From Conexivisphaerales archaeon (GTDB taxonomy: Archaea > Thermoproteota > Nitrososphaeria > Conexivisphaerales > DTJL01): a DNA stretch of 41,805 nucleotides. A model generated the notes under the pieces. The model ran no database searches, was not told the origin of the DNA, and worked only from the letters and a program-made list of their open reading frames with translations. Shown here in pieces: positions 8,978-17,316 of this stretch (its first letter is position 1; every line of letters begins with the position of its first letter). A program made the position numbers and the translations under genes. The stretch lies in NCBI GenBank assembly GCA_049509455.1, contig JBEKZX010000010.1, forward strand, positions 1 through 41,805, in the 5' to 3' direction.

Positions 8978-10375
8978 ATGGCCTCCCTCTTGGTAAGAAA
9001 TGGAACGATCGCAACCGCTTTAGATGTCTTCCAGGCTGACGTCAAGGCTGAAGACGGAGTAATCACCAAGATCGCATTCTCGATCGACGAGCCCGCAGAC
9101 AGGGTGGTGAACGCGCAGGGAAAGATAGTCGTGCCAGGAGGCATCGACGGCCATACCCATTTCGAGATGCCGTCGAAGGGGACCGTGACGGCCGACGATT
9201 TCAGGACAGGCACCATCTCGGCCGCCGCCGGAGGGATAACCTCCATCATCGATTTCGTGACGCCGTCGGCCGGAGAGAGCCTCAAGGCGGCTCTCGAGAA
9301 GAGACGCGAAAGTGCTTCTTCGAAGGTCCTGGTCGACTACGGATTCCACATGGTCTACCGGGACTCGGCCACCCAGGCGATGCAGGAGATAAAGGAGATC
9401 ATGGCAGCGGGTGTTCCCAGCTTCAAGATCTTCACGACGTACAGGGCCGACGGCCTGATGCTGGAGGATGGCGAGCTATTGGAGGTCATGAGGGAGGTTT
9501 CGTCGAACGGAGGACTCTTGGCGGTCCACGCCGAGAACAACGGCATCATAGAAAGGAACATCGAGCTGCTCCGCCGGGAAGGCAAGCTCTCGCCCGAGTT
9601 CCACCCCCAGAGCAGGCCGCAGATTGCCGAAGGGGAGGCGGTGCGCAGGATGATCACCTTTGCCGGATACGTCGGTGCCAATCTCTACGTGGTCCACCTT
9701 TCATCGAAGATGGGACGTGAGTCCATCAGGGATGCGCAAAAGGCCGGTCTCCCTGTATTCGCCGAGACCTGCCCTCACTACCTAGTGTTCAACGATTTAG
9801 TATACAAGCGCTCTGATGCGAGTCACTACCTGATGAGCCCTCCCATCAAGAGCGAGGAGGACAGGCTCGCGCTTTGGGAGGGGCTCGTCGAAGGCGACGT
9901 CAAGACCGTCGGAAGCGACCATGCCGACTTCAACTCGCAGCAGAAGGCCGCCGGGGGAGACGACTTCACCAAGATTCCCAACGGGGTCCCTGGCACCGAG
10001 GTCATCATCCCCGTGCTCTTTACCGAAGGTGTAGCCAAGAAGCGGTTCTCGATAAACAGGTTCGTCCAGGTCACCTCCACCAACGCGGCGAAGGCCTACA
10101 ACATCTTCCCCAAGAAGGGGACCATCGCGGTGGGCAGCGACGCCGACATGGTCATCATCGATCCCGCCTTCAAGGCTAGGCTCACGGCCGATTTCCTTCA
10201 CTCCAACATTGACTATTCGATTTATGAGAACTACTTGACCGATGGTTACCCCATGATGACGATTTCGAGGGGTGAAGTGGTAGTGGAGCAGAACCAGCTG
10301 GTGGCTGAGCAGGGGAGGGGGAGATTCCTACCTAGGAAGCCCTATCCCGGAAACCGCTCCCCCCTGTTCAACTGA
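8978..10375 (+). CDS. hydA: Dihydropyrimidinase / D-hydantoinase
   Basis: PGGIDGHTHFEMP, carbamylated-Lys FKIF, VHAEN, YVVHLS, AETCPHY, SPPIK and GSDH. Confidence 0.9.
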   Translation: MASLLVRNGTIATALDVFQADVKAEDGVITKIAFSIDEPADRVVNAQGKIVVPGGIDGHTHFEMPSKGTVTADDFRTGTISAAAGGITSIIDFVTPSAGESLKAALEKRRESASSKVLVDYGFHMVYRDSATQAMQEIKEIMAAGVPSFKIFTTYRADGLMLEDGELLEVMREVSSNGGLLAVHAENNGIIERNIELLRREGKLSPEFHPQSRPQIAEGEAVRRMITFAGYVGANLYVVHLSSKMGRESIRDAQKAGLPVFAETCPHYLVFNDLVYKRSDASHYLMSPPIKSEEDRLALWEGLVEGDVKTVGSDHADFNSQQKAAGGDDFTKIPNGVPGTEVIIPVLFTEGVAKKRFSINRFVQVTSTNAAKAYNIFPKKGTIAVGSDADMVIIDPAFKARLTADFLHSNIDYSIYENYLTDGYPMMTISRGEVVVEQNQLVAEQGRGRFLPRKPYPGNRSPLFN

Positions 10376-10489
10376 GGCTCGCCGCCGCGACAACGCCATG
10401 GAGAATGGTCCGTCTCCGTCTCTAGCGCAGGTCACAAGGATTCGCCATAAGGGCTTTATCCGCCTCTACGGGCTTGAGGTCGATAAACA

Positions 10490-11068
10490 ATGCCCGCAAC
10501 TGTTGGAAGACAGATGATCGAAAAGGCTGGACTGAACGTGGACCAACTGCTCAAGAAATTGAACAAGGCCCTCGCGGCCGAGATTACCACCTACTACTAC
10601 TACACAGTGCTGAGGAACCATCTGATAGGTGAGGACCTCAAGGAGATCACGGAAGATGCCCGCCTAGAGGACAGGCTGCATTTTGAGGCCCTAGTACCAC
10701 GGGTCTACGAACTCGGTGGAGACATCTACCGCGACATGAAGGATCTCCACGATGACGCGGCCTGTTCCGCAGCATATCTGCCTAAAGGCATCACAGTCAG
10801 CACAGTGCACAACGACGCGACCAACAAGAAGATACTGAAAGTGTTGTTGGATGCGGAACGCTGCGCCGTCAGGGTCTATACAGACATCTGCAACATGACC
10901 TTTGGGAAGGACCCGAGGACCTACGACCTTTCTCTGGCCATACTCCACGAAGAGATCGAACACGAATCCTGGTTCGAGGAGATGCTGGAGGGCAAGCCGT
11001 CCGGTCACTTTAGGCGTAGATATCCGGGCGAGGGTCCGTACACGCAGAAGTTCAGGCACATCGAATAG
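10490..11068 (+). CDS. dpsL: Dps-like (DpsL/thioferritin) ferritin-superfamily protein
   Basis: [22 protein letters not shown], Cys pair (AACS.AY, AERCA), [14 protein letters not shown] and PSGHFRR closely follow Sulfolobus DpsL as I recall it. Confidence 0.92.
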   Translation: MPATVGRQMIEKAGLNVDQLLKKLNKALAAEITTYYYYTVLRNHLIGEDLKEITEDARLEDRLHFEALVPRVYELGGDIYRDMKDLHDDAACSAAYLPKGITVSTVHNDATNKKILKVLLDAERCAVRVYTDICNMTFGKDPRTYDLSLAILHEEIEHESWFEEMLEGKPSGHFRRRYPGEGPYTQKFRHIE

Positions 11069-11076
11069 ACATGGGA

Positions 11077-11110
11077 GGGGGCTCGTCCAGTCGCCCCCAT
11101 TTTTCATTTT
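11077..11110 (+). terminator. Hairpin plus T-rich tract after dpsL
   Basis: GGGGGC (11077-82) pairs with GCCCCC (11093-98), followed by ATTTTTCATTTT. Confidence 0.55.
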
Positions 11111-11131
11111 TGACCAGTAGGCGCCAAGTGT

Positions 11132-11428
11132 TTGAAATCGAAGAAGTTCATCGTCTGGGTCTGCACGATGGACGGAGTGGGCCGATGCGGAAGAAAGGGC
11201 GGCAAGGAGGTGCTCGCCAGGTTCAGGCTGGAAGTCGAGAGGAGAGGCCTATCCAACGTGATGGTGACGCCCAACGGCTGCACAGATAGGCACGACCATG
11301 GGCCCGCCGTCCTCGTCGACCCTGATGGAACGTGGTACTGTGGAGTGAAGCCGGATGACGTGCCTTCGGTCATCGAGGAGCATGTATGCGGGGGAAGGCC
11401 TGTCAAGAGGCTCGCCTGCCCCGATTGA
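11132..11428 (+). CDS. Thioredoxin-like (2Fe-2S) ferredoxin
   Basis: VWVC..C, GCxxxHxxGP, V.PDGTWY.GV.PDDV..VIEEH..GG.PV.RL. Confidence 0.88.
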   Translation: MKSKKFIVWVCTMDGVGRCGRKGGKEVLARFRLEVERRGLSNVMVTPNGCTDRHDHGPAVLVDPDGTWYCGVKPDDVPSVIEEHVCGGRPVKRLACPD

Positions 11429-11669
11429 ACGCGGCGTGGCGCCCGTCCGCCCTTAGGATTGGAGCCTCGTCCTGGCTGCACAGCGAAGCTCGGGGCTGGT
11501 GCTAGACGGGCCATAGGACGGATTCATTTCGGCGTAGGCCTCAAAAAGTTCTCTCTTCAAGAGGATTCTTGAATTACTCTCGAAATGGCTCGGCGATTTG
11601 GTGCGATTACATACGCAGGCAGACTTATAAATTTCCGATAGGTTGAGAGACCGCCTAACATGAGAGCCA

Positions 11670-12794
11670 TTGGAGCAACCGAATGACGAGGGCCTCACCG
11701 ACGCTGAGGCGAACAGATATGCCCGCCAGATCGTCCTCAAGGACATCGGCTGGGAGGGCCAGATCAAGCTCAAGCGTTCTACTGTACTAGTCGCCGGCGC
11801 AGGAGGCCTCGGCTCTCCGATTCTGATTCAGTTGGCTCTCCTTGGAGTCGGGACGATCAAGATCATAGACAGGGACATCGTCAGCGTCACCGACCTCCAC
11901 CGCCAGTACCTCTACAGGGAGTCGGACGCCGGAAGGCCGAAGGCGGAGGTGGCGGTGAAGAGGATCAGAGAGATGAACCCCTCGATCAAGGTGGAAGGTT
12001 ACGCGGAGTCACTCTCTTACGACAGGCTCCTAGAGCTCCTTAAGGGTGTCAACGTCGTCATGGACGGCCTCGACGACATGAAGGGGAGGTATGCCCTGAA
12101 CAGGGCCGCCTACAGGATGAAGGTCCCCTACATCTTCTCTTCGGCGCTGGAGATGTACGGCAACGTATCCACTATCATCCCGGGCGAGACCCCCTGCCTC
12201 GAATGCTTCCTTGGTGGGGTGAGCGACGACGGCGTCCGGAAATGCGCGGTCGTCGGTGTTCATCCTTCCTTGCTGGGGGTCATAGCCGGCGTCGCCATCT
12301 CGGAAGCCGTAAAGATAATTACAGGGGCGAGGCCTTCGCTGGCTTCGAAGCTTCTGCTGATCGACCTCCGGCACTTCAGCTTCGACTCTTGCGAGGTCAC
12401 CACCAATCCGAACTGCCCGGTTTCCGGCAGCGGCACTAACCTCACCGACATACGCCCGCCTCTCCTAGAGAGGGCATGCGCCAGAGACGGGAGCGGGACC
12501 TACTTCGTCAACCCAAGGAGGACGCTGGATGTGGATCTCAGCAGGCTCGACGCCTTCGCCAGGGAAAAGGGCTACGCCGTGCTGAGCGAAGGCGACGTTT
12601 TCCGCACGCTGAGGCTGGACGACCTTTACGATCTGAGCATCTTGAAGAGCGGCACAGCCATGTTTAAGGTGAAGAAGCCTATCCTGGACATCGATGCAGC
12701 AGAAACCAGGATGAAGGAGCTCTACGAAGAGATTGTGGAGGAGGGCCTCTCCGTGCCGTGGAAGGAGTATGTAGCCTCCCCCGCGCAGGGCTGA
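11670..12794 (+). CDS. moeB: HesA/MoeB/ThiF (E1-like) adenylyltransferase with C-terminal extension, copy 1
   Basis: RYARQ, GAGGLG, DRD..S.TDLHRQ, CLEC and catalytic-Cys CAVVGV; TTATAAAT about 38 bp upstream. Confidence 0.9.
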   Translation: MEQPNDEGLTDAEANRYARQIVLKDIGWEGQIKLKRSTVLVAGAGGLGSPILIQLALLGVGTIKIIDRDIVSVTDLHRQYLYRESDAGRPKAEVAVKRIREMNPSIKVEGYAESLSYDRLLELLKGVNVVMDGLDDMKGRYALNRAAYRMKVPYIFSSALEMYGNVSTIIPGETPCLECFLGGVSDDGVRKCAVVGVHPSLLGVIAGVAISEAVKIITGARPSLASKLLLIDLRHFSFDSCEVTTNPNCPVSGSGTNLTDIRPPLLERACARDGSGTYFVNPRRTLDVDLSRLDAFAREKGYAVLSEGDVFRTLRLDDLYDLSILKSGTAMFKVKKPILDIDAAETRMKELYEEIVEEGLSVPWKEYVASPAQG

Positions 12795-12898
12795 AGCCAT
12801 GAAAGAGAATAAACGAAAGATATATTAGAATTACAGGGGGTCGGCTGAATGTGAACGCTGCGGCTTCCAGACACACGACTTCAAGGAGGAGCAGGACG

Positions 12899-13144
12899 AT
12901 GCAGATACATGTGCACTACTACGCCGAAGTGAGGGAGCTGGCAGGCCTGTCAAGCGAGGATGTCCGGCTGCCTTCCGGCTCCACGACCGTCGATCTCGTC
13001 GGCCGGGTTTTGAGGCTCCATCCCGACCTTGAGGAGGTCCGAGAGATGACCCACGTCATCGTCAATGGCACCATGGTCACCACCAGCCCCGTCCTTCACG
13101 AGGGCGACACCGTAGCCCTCATTCCTCCGGTACGCGGCGGATGA
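12899..13144 (+). CDS. moaD: MoaD/ThiS/SAMP ubiquitin-like sulfur carrier
   Basis: 81 aa beta-grasp pattern (YYAEVRE, VNG, EGDTVALIPPVRGG) with C-terminal GG; AGGAGG RBS upstream of ATG 12899. Confidence 0.92.
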   Translation: MQIHVHYYAEVRELAGLSSEDVRLPSGSTTVDLVGRVLRLHPDLEEVREMTHVIVNGTMVTTSPVLHEGDTVALIPPVRGG

Positions 13145-13237
13145 AAGCGGGAAGACCTCTCTGGGGGCCATCTCGAGGTCGAGGTACCCTTATAACGGCG
13201 AAAGCCTCTTCGAGACAGGGACTAGTGCTACTGATAG

Positions 13238-14356
13238 GTGACGGTTGAGGAATCCCTTTCTGACTCCGATGCCAACAGGTACTCACGCCAGATTGTCCTC
13301 TCTGATATCGGCTGGGAGGGGCAGCAGAAGCTCAAGGGCTCCACCGTCCTAGTAGTCGGGGCCGGAGGCTTGGGTTCACCTATCCTTGTTCAGCTCGCAT
13401 CCATGGGTGTCGGCTCCATCAGGATTGTGGACAGGGACATCCTCAGCGTCACTGACCTCCAGCGCCAGTACCTCTACAGGGAGTCGGACGCGGGCCTGCC
13501 GAAGATAGAGGCCGCCCTGGTCCGCCTGAAGGAGATAAACCCGTCGGTGAAGGTTGAGGGATTCGCGGAGAGCTTGACCTACGAAAGCATGCTTGAGCAC
13601 CTCAGGGGCGTCGATGTCGTGCTGGACGGGCTGGACGGCATAAGGGCTAGATACGCGGTGAACAGGGCTGCCTATGAAATGAAGGTCCCCTACGTCTTCT
13701 CTTCGGCGATCGAGATGCTCGGCTCCGTCACCACGATAGTGCCAGGGAAGACCCCCTGCCTGGAATGCTTCTACGGTGGCCTCCAGGAGGGCTCGGTACC
13801 AACCTGCGCCGTTGTAGGCGTCCACCCTGCGATACTCGGGGTCGTCGGGAGCATAGCAGTCTCCGAGGCGGTCAAGATAATGACGGGGGCCGAACCATCT
13901 CTTTTGTCCAAGCTGCTTATGGTGGACCTTCGCGACTTCAGCGTCGACACGATAAAGCTGAAGGAGAGGCCCTCGTGTCCCGTATCCGGGAGCAGCAGAA
14001 GGCCCACCAAGGTCTCGCCCTTCCTCATGGAACACTCCTGCAGGAGGGATGGGACAGGCACCTACTTTATCAACCCCAAGAGGGTCCTCACGCTGGACCT
14101 CGAAAGGCTGGATTCATATTCAAGTCACGAGGGGATACCGATCCTGAAGGGTAGCCCGCTCTTCCGCACGTTGAGGCTGGACGACGTCTTTGATGTGACT
14201 ATCCTGAGAAGCGGAACGGCCATCTTCGCCGTCAAGAAGCCCATCCAGGACATCCACGCGGCTGAAAGAAGGATGAAGGCCCTGTTCAGGGGAGTTATGG
14301 AGAAGGGCCTGGGCGTAGGCTGGGACCAGTACGGGAACCCGAAAGCACACAGTTGA
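13238..14356 (+). CDS. moeB: HesA/MoeB/ThiF (E1-like) adenylyltransferase with C-terminal extension, copy 2
   Basis: Colinear paralog of 11670-12794 with the same motifs and its own TTATAA at about 13190. Confidence 0.9.
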   Translation: MTVEESLSDSDANRYSRQIVLSDIGWEGQQKLKGSTVLVVGAGGLGSPILVQLASMGVGSIRIVDRDILSVTDLQRQYLYRESDAGLPKIEAALVRLKEINPSVKVEGFAESLTYESMLEHLRGVDVVLDGLDGIRARYAVNRAAYEMKVPYVFSSAIEMLGSVTTIVPGKTPCLECFYGGLQEGSVPTCAVVGVHPAILGVVGSIAVSEAVKIMTGAEPSLLSKLLMVDLRDFSVDTIKLKERPSCPVSGSSRRPTKVSPFLMEHSCRRDGTGTYFINPKRVLTLDLERLDSYSSHEGIPILKGSPLFRTLRLDDVFDVTILRSGTAIFAVKKPIQDIHAAERRMKALFRGVMEKGLGVGWDQYGNPKAHS

Positions 14357-14396
14357 GGCCCATCTGGCCTGCCAGTTCCCCTTCATGGCGATTGCA

Positions 14397-14462
14397 CCTT
14401 CGGTCATCGGGGAGCATGAATACAGGGGAAGGCCTGTCAACAGGTTCGCCTGCCCCTGCTGA
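14397..14462 (+). pseudogene. Degenerate copy of the last 22 codons of the 2Fe-2S ferredoxin gene
   Basis: 57/66 nt identical to 11363-11428 by manual alignment, stop codon included; PSVIGEHEYRGRPVNRFACPC* vs PSVIEEHVCGGRPVKRLACPD*. Confidence 0.85.
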
Positions 14463-14508
14463 CGGGTGTTTATGCAGCCGGCGCTGCCCATCCCCTAGGA
14501 GCTGAAAG

Positions 14509-14638
14509 TGCGAGGGGTGGGGTTTGAACCCACGAAGGCCTACGCCAGCGGATCTTAAGTATGGGCACCCTCCGAACGGGCACCGCCCCCTATGGTCGCC
14601 ACGGTGCGCTGGCTTTGGCCAGGCTTGGGTACCCTCGC
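14509..14638 (-). tRNA. tRNA-Leu(TAA) with two non-canonical introns (14592-14614 and 14561-14582)
   Basis: Removing both introns gives an 85-nt cloverleaf: acceptor GCGAGGG/CCCTCGC, anticodon arm GCGGA-CTTAAGA-TCCGC, long variable arm, T arm GTGGG-TTCAAAC-CCCAC. Both introns fit BHB motifs. Confidence 0.92.
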
Positions 14639-14662
14639 AGCTTTGCCCAAGAACGAAGTCGT

Positions 14663-14722
14663 CTATTAAGCGTTTCAGGGACTGCCGCCTTTCGCAGCCA
14701 CTCTACGAGGTAATGATTTAAA
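14663..14722. promoter_or_regulatory. Divergent TATA boxes for the two tRNA genes
   Basis: CTTAATAG (minus, 14663-70) about 25 bp before tRNA-Leu; TTTAAA (plus, 14717-22) about 29 bp before tRNA-Ile2. Confidence 0.6.
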
Positions 14723-14750
14723 GGGTGATGCGTAGCTTCCTATTGGAAGC

Positions 14751-14824
14751 GGGCCCGTAGCTCAGCATGGTAGAGCGACCGGCTCATAACCGGTCGGTCA
14801 AGGGTTCAAGTCCCTTCGGGCCCA
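14751..14824 (+). tRNA. tRNA with CAT anticodon, most likely tRNA-Ile2 (agmatidine type)
   Basis: 74-nt cloverleaf GGGCCCG...CGGGCCCA with loop CTCATAA. The G1-C72 GGGCCC acceptor is that of archaeal Ile2; it lacks the initiator A1-U72 pair and GGG/CCC anticodon stem. Confidence 0.9.
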
Positions 14825-15118
14825 TGTAATCTTGCTATTCTTGACCATATTCTTACATATCATGCGCAATTCATCTCTTGTTGTGACGGGTCCTATACAC
14901 ACGCCCTGAAGCGGCGAACAACTGGATTGGCCGCAATACTGGAATCCGTTCCTGGGCGGAATCTGTATCCAGTTAGAGGCGAATCCCCAACGGTGCGGAC
15001 TCGCTTCTGGGACTATCTATTGGTGCTGTAATCAGGATCTCCTGCTTGTAGGGAGGGCGTGATGGGGGGGAGGAGCGGTCAAATACCAGAGGCCCTACAG
15101 GCAAGGCTGGTGCTGTTC

Positions 15119-15550
15119 TTGAAGTGGGTAACAAGAGAGAAGGCTAAGGTTGACCGAATAGCGTGCCCTTGGCTGATCAGGAACTTCGTGGACCATGACG
15201 CGGAGTTCCTTTTCGTCCCCGCCGACAAGGTCCTTGAAGTGGCAAAGAGCGAGGGAGCAATCCCCTACGACGTCAGCGGAGTGGAGCTGGGGCATCATGG
15301 AGACCAGTGCAGCTTCGATGCGATCGTTCAGAAGTACGCGGTCAAGGACCCAGCCGTCCTAGAGCTCGCCAAGGTCGTGCGAGGGGCCGACACGGCCAAC
15401 AGGAACCTCACGCCAGAATCACCAGGCCTTAACTCGATTGCGGAAGGCTTCAGGGCCATTACCAAGGACGACTTCGACAATATGGCGAAGCAGTTCTACG
15501 TATACGACGCGCTCTACGCGTTCTTCAAGGCGAAAGCAGCGAAGGTGTAG
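15119..15550 (+). CDS. Chromate-resistance ChrB C-terminal-domain (ChrF-like) protein 1
   Basis: KWVTRE..KVDRIACPWLIR.FVD.DAEFLFVP, CSFDA and IVRGADT-like VVRGADT. Start set at TTG 15119 (MKWVTRE). Confidence 0.88.
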   Translation: MKWVTREKAKVDRIACPWLIRNFVDHDAEFLFVPADKVLEVAKSEGAIPYDVSGVELGHHGDQCSFDAIVQKYAVKDPAVLELAKVVRGADTANRNLTPESPGLNSIAEGFRAITKDDFDNMAKQFYVYDALYAFFKAKAAKV

Positions 15551-15553
15551 CCG

Positions 15554-16003
15554 TTGCTCTGGGCGACGCGTCATGAGCCGCACCTGGACAGGTGCGCCTC
15601 CGCCTGGCTCATCAAGAGGTTCATCGATCCCGACGCCACCTTCGCGTTCGTGGGGAGGGACGAGGTCCCCCCCAGCGGCTCGATCCCGTTCGTGCTCCCT
15701 GGGGCGGAAGTGAATCCCGTGGAGGGGGTCTCTACCTCGTACGACGCCCTGGTGGCCAAGCATCATGTGACGGACCCCACGGCCCTGAGGATCGGGGCAA
15801 TCATACATGACTATGAAGTGGACGCGGGAGAGGACGTGGCGAGGACTAGCTTCAGGGAGACGGCGGGGGTCTTCAAGGTGGTCAGAGGCATCGCTAGGAC
15901 ATCGAAGTCCGATCAGGAGACGGTGGCCGCTGCGCTTAGGGTCTTCGACTCGTTGTATGCCCAGTTAACGGCAGAGGCCGCGCAACGGGATGCGTTGAAT
16001 TGA
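15554..16003 (+). CDS. ChrB C-terminal-domain protein 2 (divergent paralog)
   Basis: WATR..PHLDRCASAWLIKRFIDPDATFAFV N-terminus; SYDAL and FDSLY match the family pattern. Confidence 0.82.
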   Translation: MLWATRHEPHLDRCASAWLIKRFIDPDATFAFVGRDEVPPSGSIPFVLPGAEVNPVEGVSTSYDALVAKHHVTDPTALRIGAIIHDYEVDAGEDVARTSFRETAGVFKVVRGIARTSKSDQETVAAALRVFDSLYAQLTAEAAQRDALN

Positions 16004-17172
16004 AGGCAGACGCCAAGTTCTTTTACGCCTTCTGCGTGGCGGGTTGCTTAGCCATACTCAGCTCGACGATGTCCAAGAACCCCATCTTGCCGTTGCTCTC
16101 TCAAAGCCTAGGTGCCCAAGGAGCAACGCTGGGTTTTATCGCGGCGGCCTCCACCATCCCAGGAATCCTCGTGAGCCTCCCCGCGGGCTCCCTTTCCGAC
16201 CTTATAGGGAGCAGGAAGGTGATGTGGTTCTCCGCAATCGTCTTCGCCACGGCGCCCTTCCTCTACCTCCTGGTGACGACGCCTCTGGAGCTAATCATAG
16301 TGAGGTTCTATCACGGCTTCGCGACGGCGGTCTTCGTCCCTGTGGCGAACGCCGTGATCGTAGACCGTTATCCCCAGCGCAAGGCGGAGAGGCTCTCTCT
16401 CTTCTCGTCGTCGACCCTCGTCGGGAGGAGCCTGGCGCCCTTCCTCGGAGGGGGGATCCTCCTCTTGACGAACAGCGACTACCACGACGTGTACTTGGTC
16501 GTGGGCGCTGCGGGCGTGGCAACGCTTGTAGCCATCTTCGCGGTCTTCTGGCGGGAGACGGACGTCGTCACAACCGCCCCGCGACGGAGCTTGGGGCCCC
16601 AGCTGCGCTCCCTAGCGGGAGATCTTCACGTCCTAGTGGCCAGTTCGGTCGAAGGAGCGCAGTACTTCGTCTACGGCTCCTTCGAGTTCTTCATGGTGGC
16701 ATACGCGCAGAAGGTGGGGCTGGGCGTGGGGGCCATAACAATAATCGCGGGGGTGCCGATAGTGACGGTCGTCGTTTCAAAGCCTGTGATGGGCGGGCTC
16801 TCTGACCGTCTCGGTCGCTTCTGGCCCATAACGGCAGGCCTGGTGATGACCTCGCTTCCCCTGTTGGTTATCCCTCTCACTTCGTCGTTCCCCATCCTTC
16901 TGGTGACCTCCCTCCTCTACGGCTTCGGCTTCTCGACGGCCACGTCCTCCACCACGGCCCTAGTCTCCGACATCTCGGGTAGCTCGGCCTCGGGGTCGGC
17001 GATGGGCTTCCTGGGCACAATAATGGACATCGGACAGGCGCTCGGCCCCATCGTGACTGGATACGTGGTCGCCACGTCAGTAGGATATGTTGGCGGCTTC
17101 TGGCTTCTGGCTGGAGCCCTCCTGGTCTTCGCAGCCCTCTTCACCCTTGCTTTCATCCCACGACGGCGATAG
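16000..17172 (+). CDS. MFS transporter
   Basis: 390 aa, about 12 TM helices, G.LSD..G.RK motif repeated (GSLSDLIGSRK, GGLSDRLGRF); 4-nt TTGA overlap with the upstream gene. Confidence 0.93.
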   Translation: MKADAKFFYAFCVAGCLAILSSTMSKNPILPLLSQSLGAQGATLGFIAAASTIPGILVSLPAGSLSDLIGSRKVMWFSAIVFATAPFLYLLVTTPLELIIVRFYHGFATAVFVPVANAVIVDRYPQRKAERLSLFSSSTLVGRSLAPFLGGGILLLTNSDYHDVYLVVGAAGVATLVAIFAVFWRETDVVTTAPRRSLGPQLRSLAGDLHVLVASSVEGAQYFVYGSFEFFMVAYAQKVGLGVGAITIIAGVPIVTVVVSKPVMGGLSDRLGRFWPITAGLVMTSLPLLVIPLTSSFPILLVTSLLYGFGFSTATSSTTALVSDISGSSASGSAMGFLGTIMDIGQALGPIVTGYVVATSVGYVGGFWLLAGALLVFAALFTLAFIPRRR

Positions 17173-17316
17173 CTGTTTCAAGGTCGTCATAACTCCTTTC
17201 GGTCAGCCACATTCGCAGGTCCAAGCCTACGCGCTGAACCCTATTTCGTTGGCAGAGCAAAGTACTTGGGCAACCGTCTTCCGTTTCGCATCAACCTGTT
17301 CCCCTGATGGTAGCCT

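Noticed and set aside
14751-14824. tRNA-Met (initiator or elongator)
   Set aside because: The acceptor stem GGGCCCG and absence of initiator hallmarks fit archaeal Ile2 better.
14920-14974. Inverted repeat AACTGGAT/ATCCAGTT with a small inner hairpin upstream of the chrB genes, as a possible riboswitch
   Set aside because: Only 8 bp of pairing and no match to a riboswitch consensus I can recognise; would need an Rfam/Infernal search.
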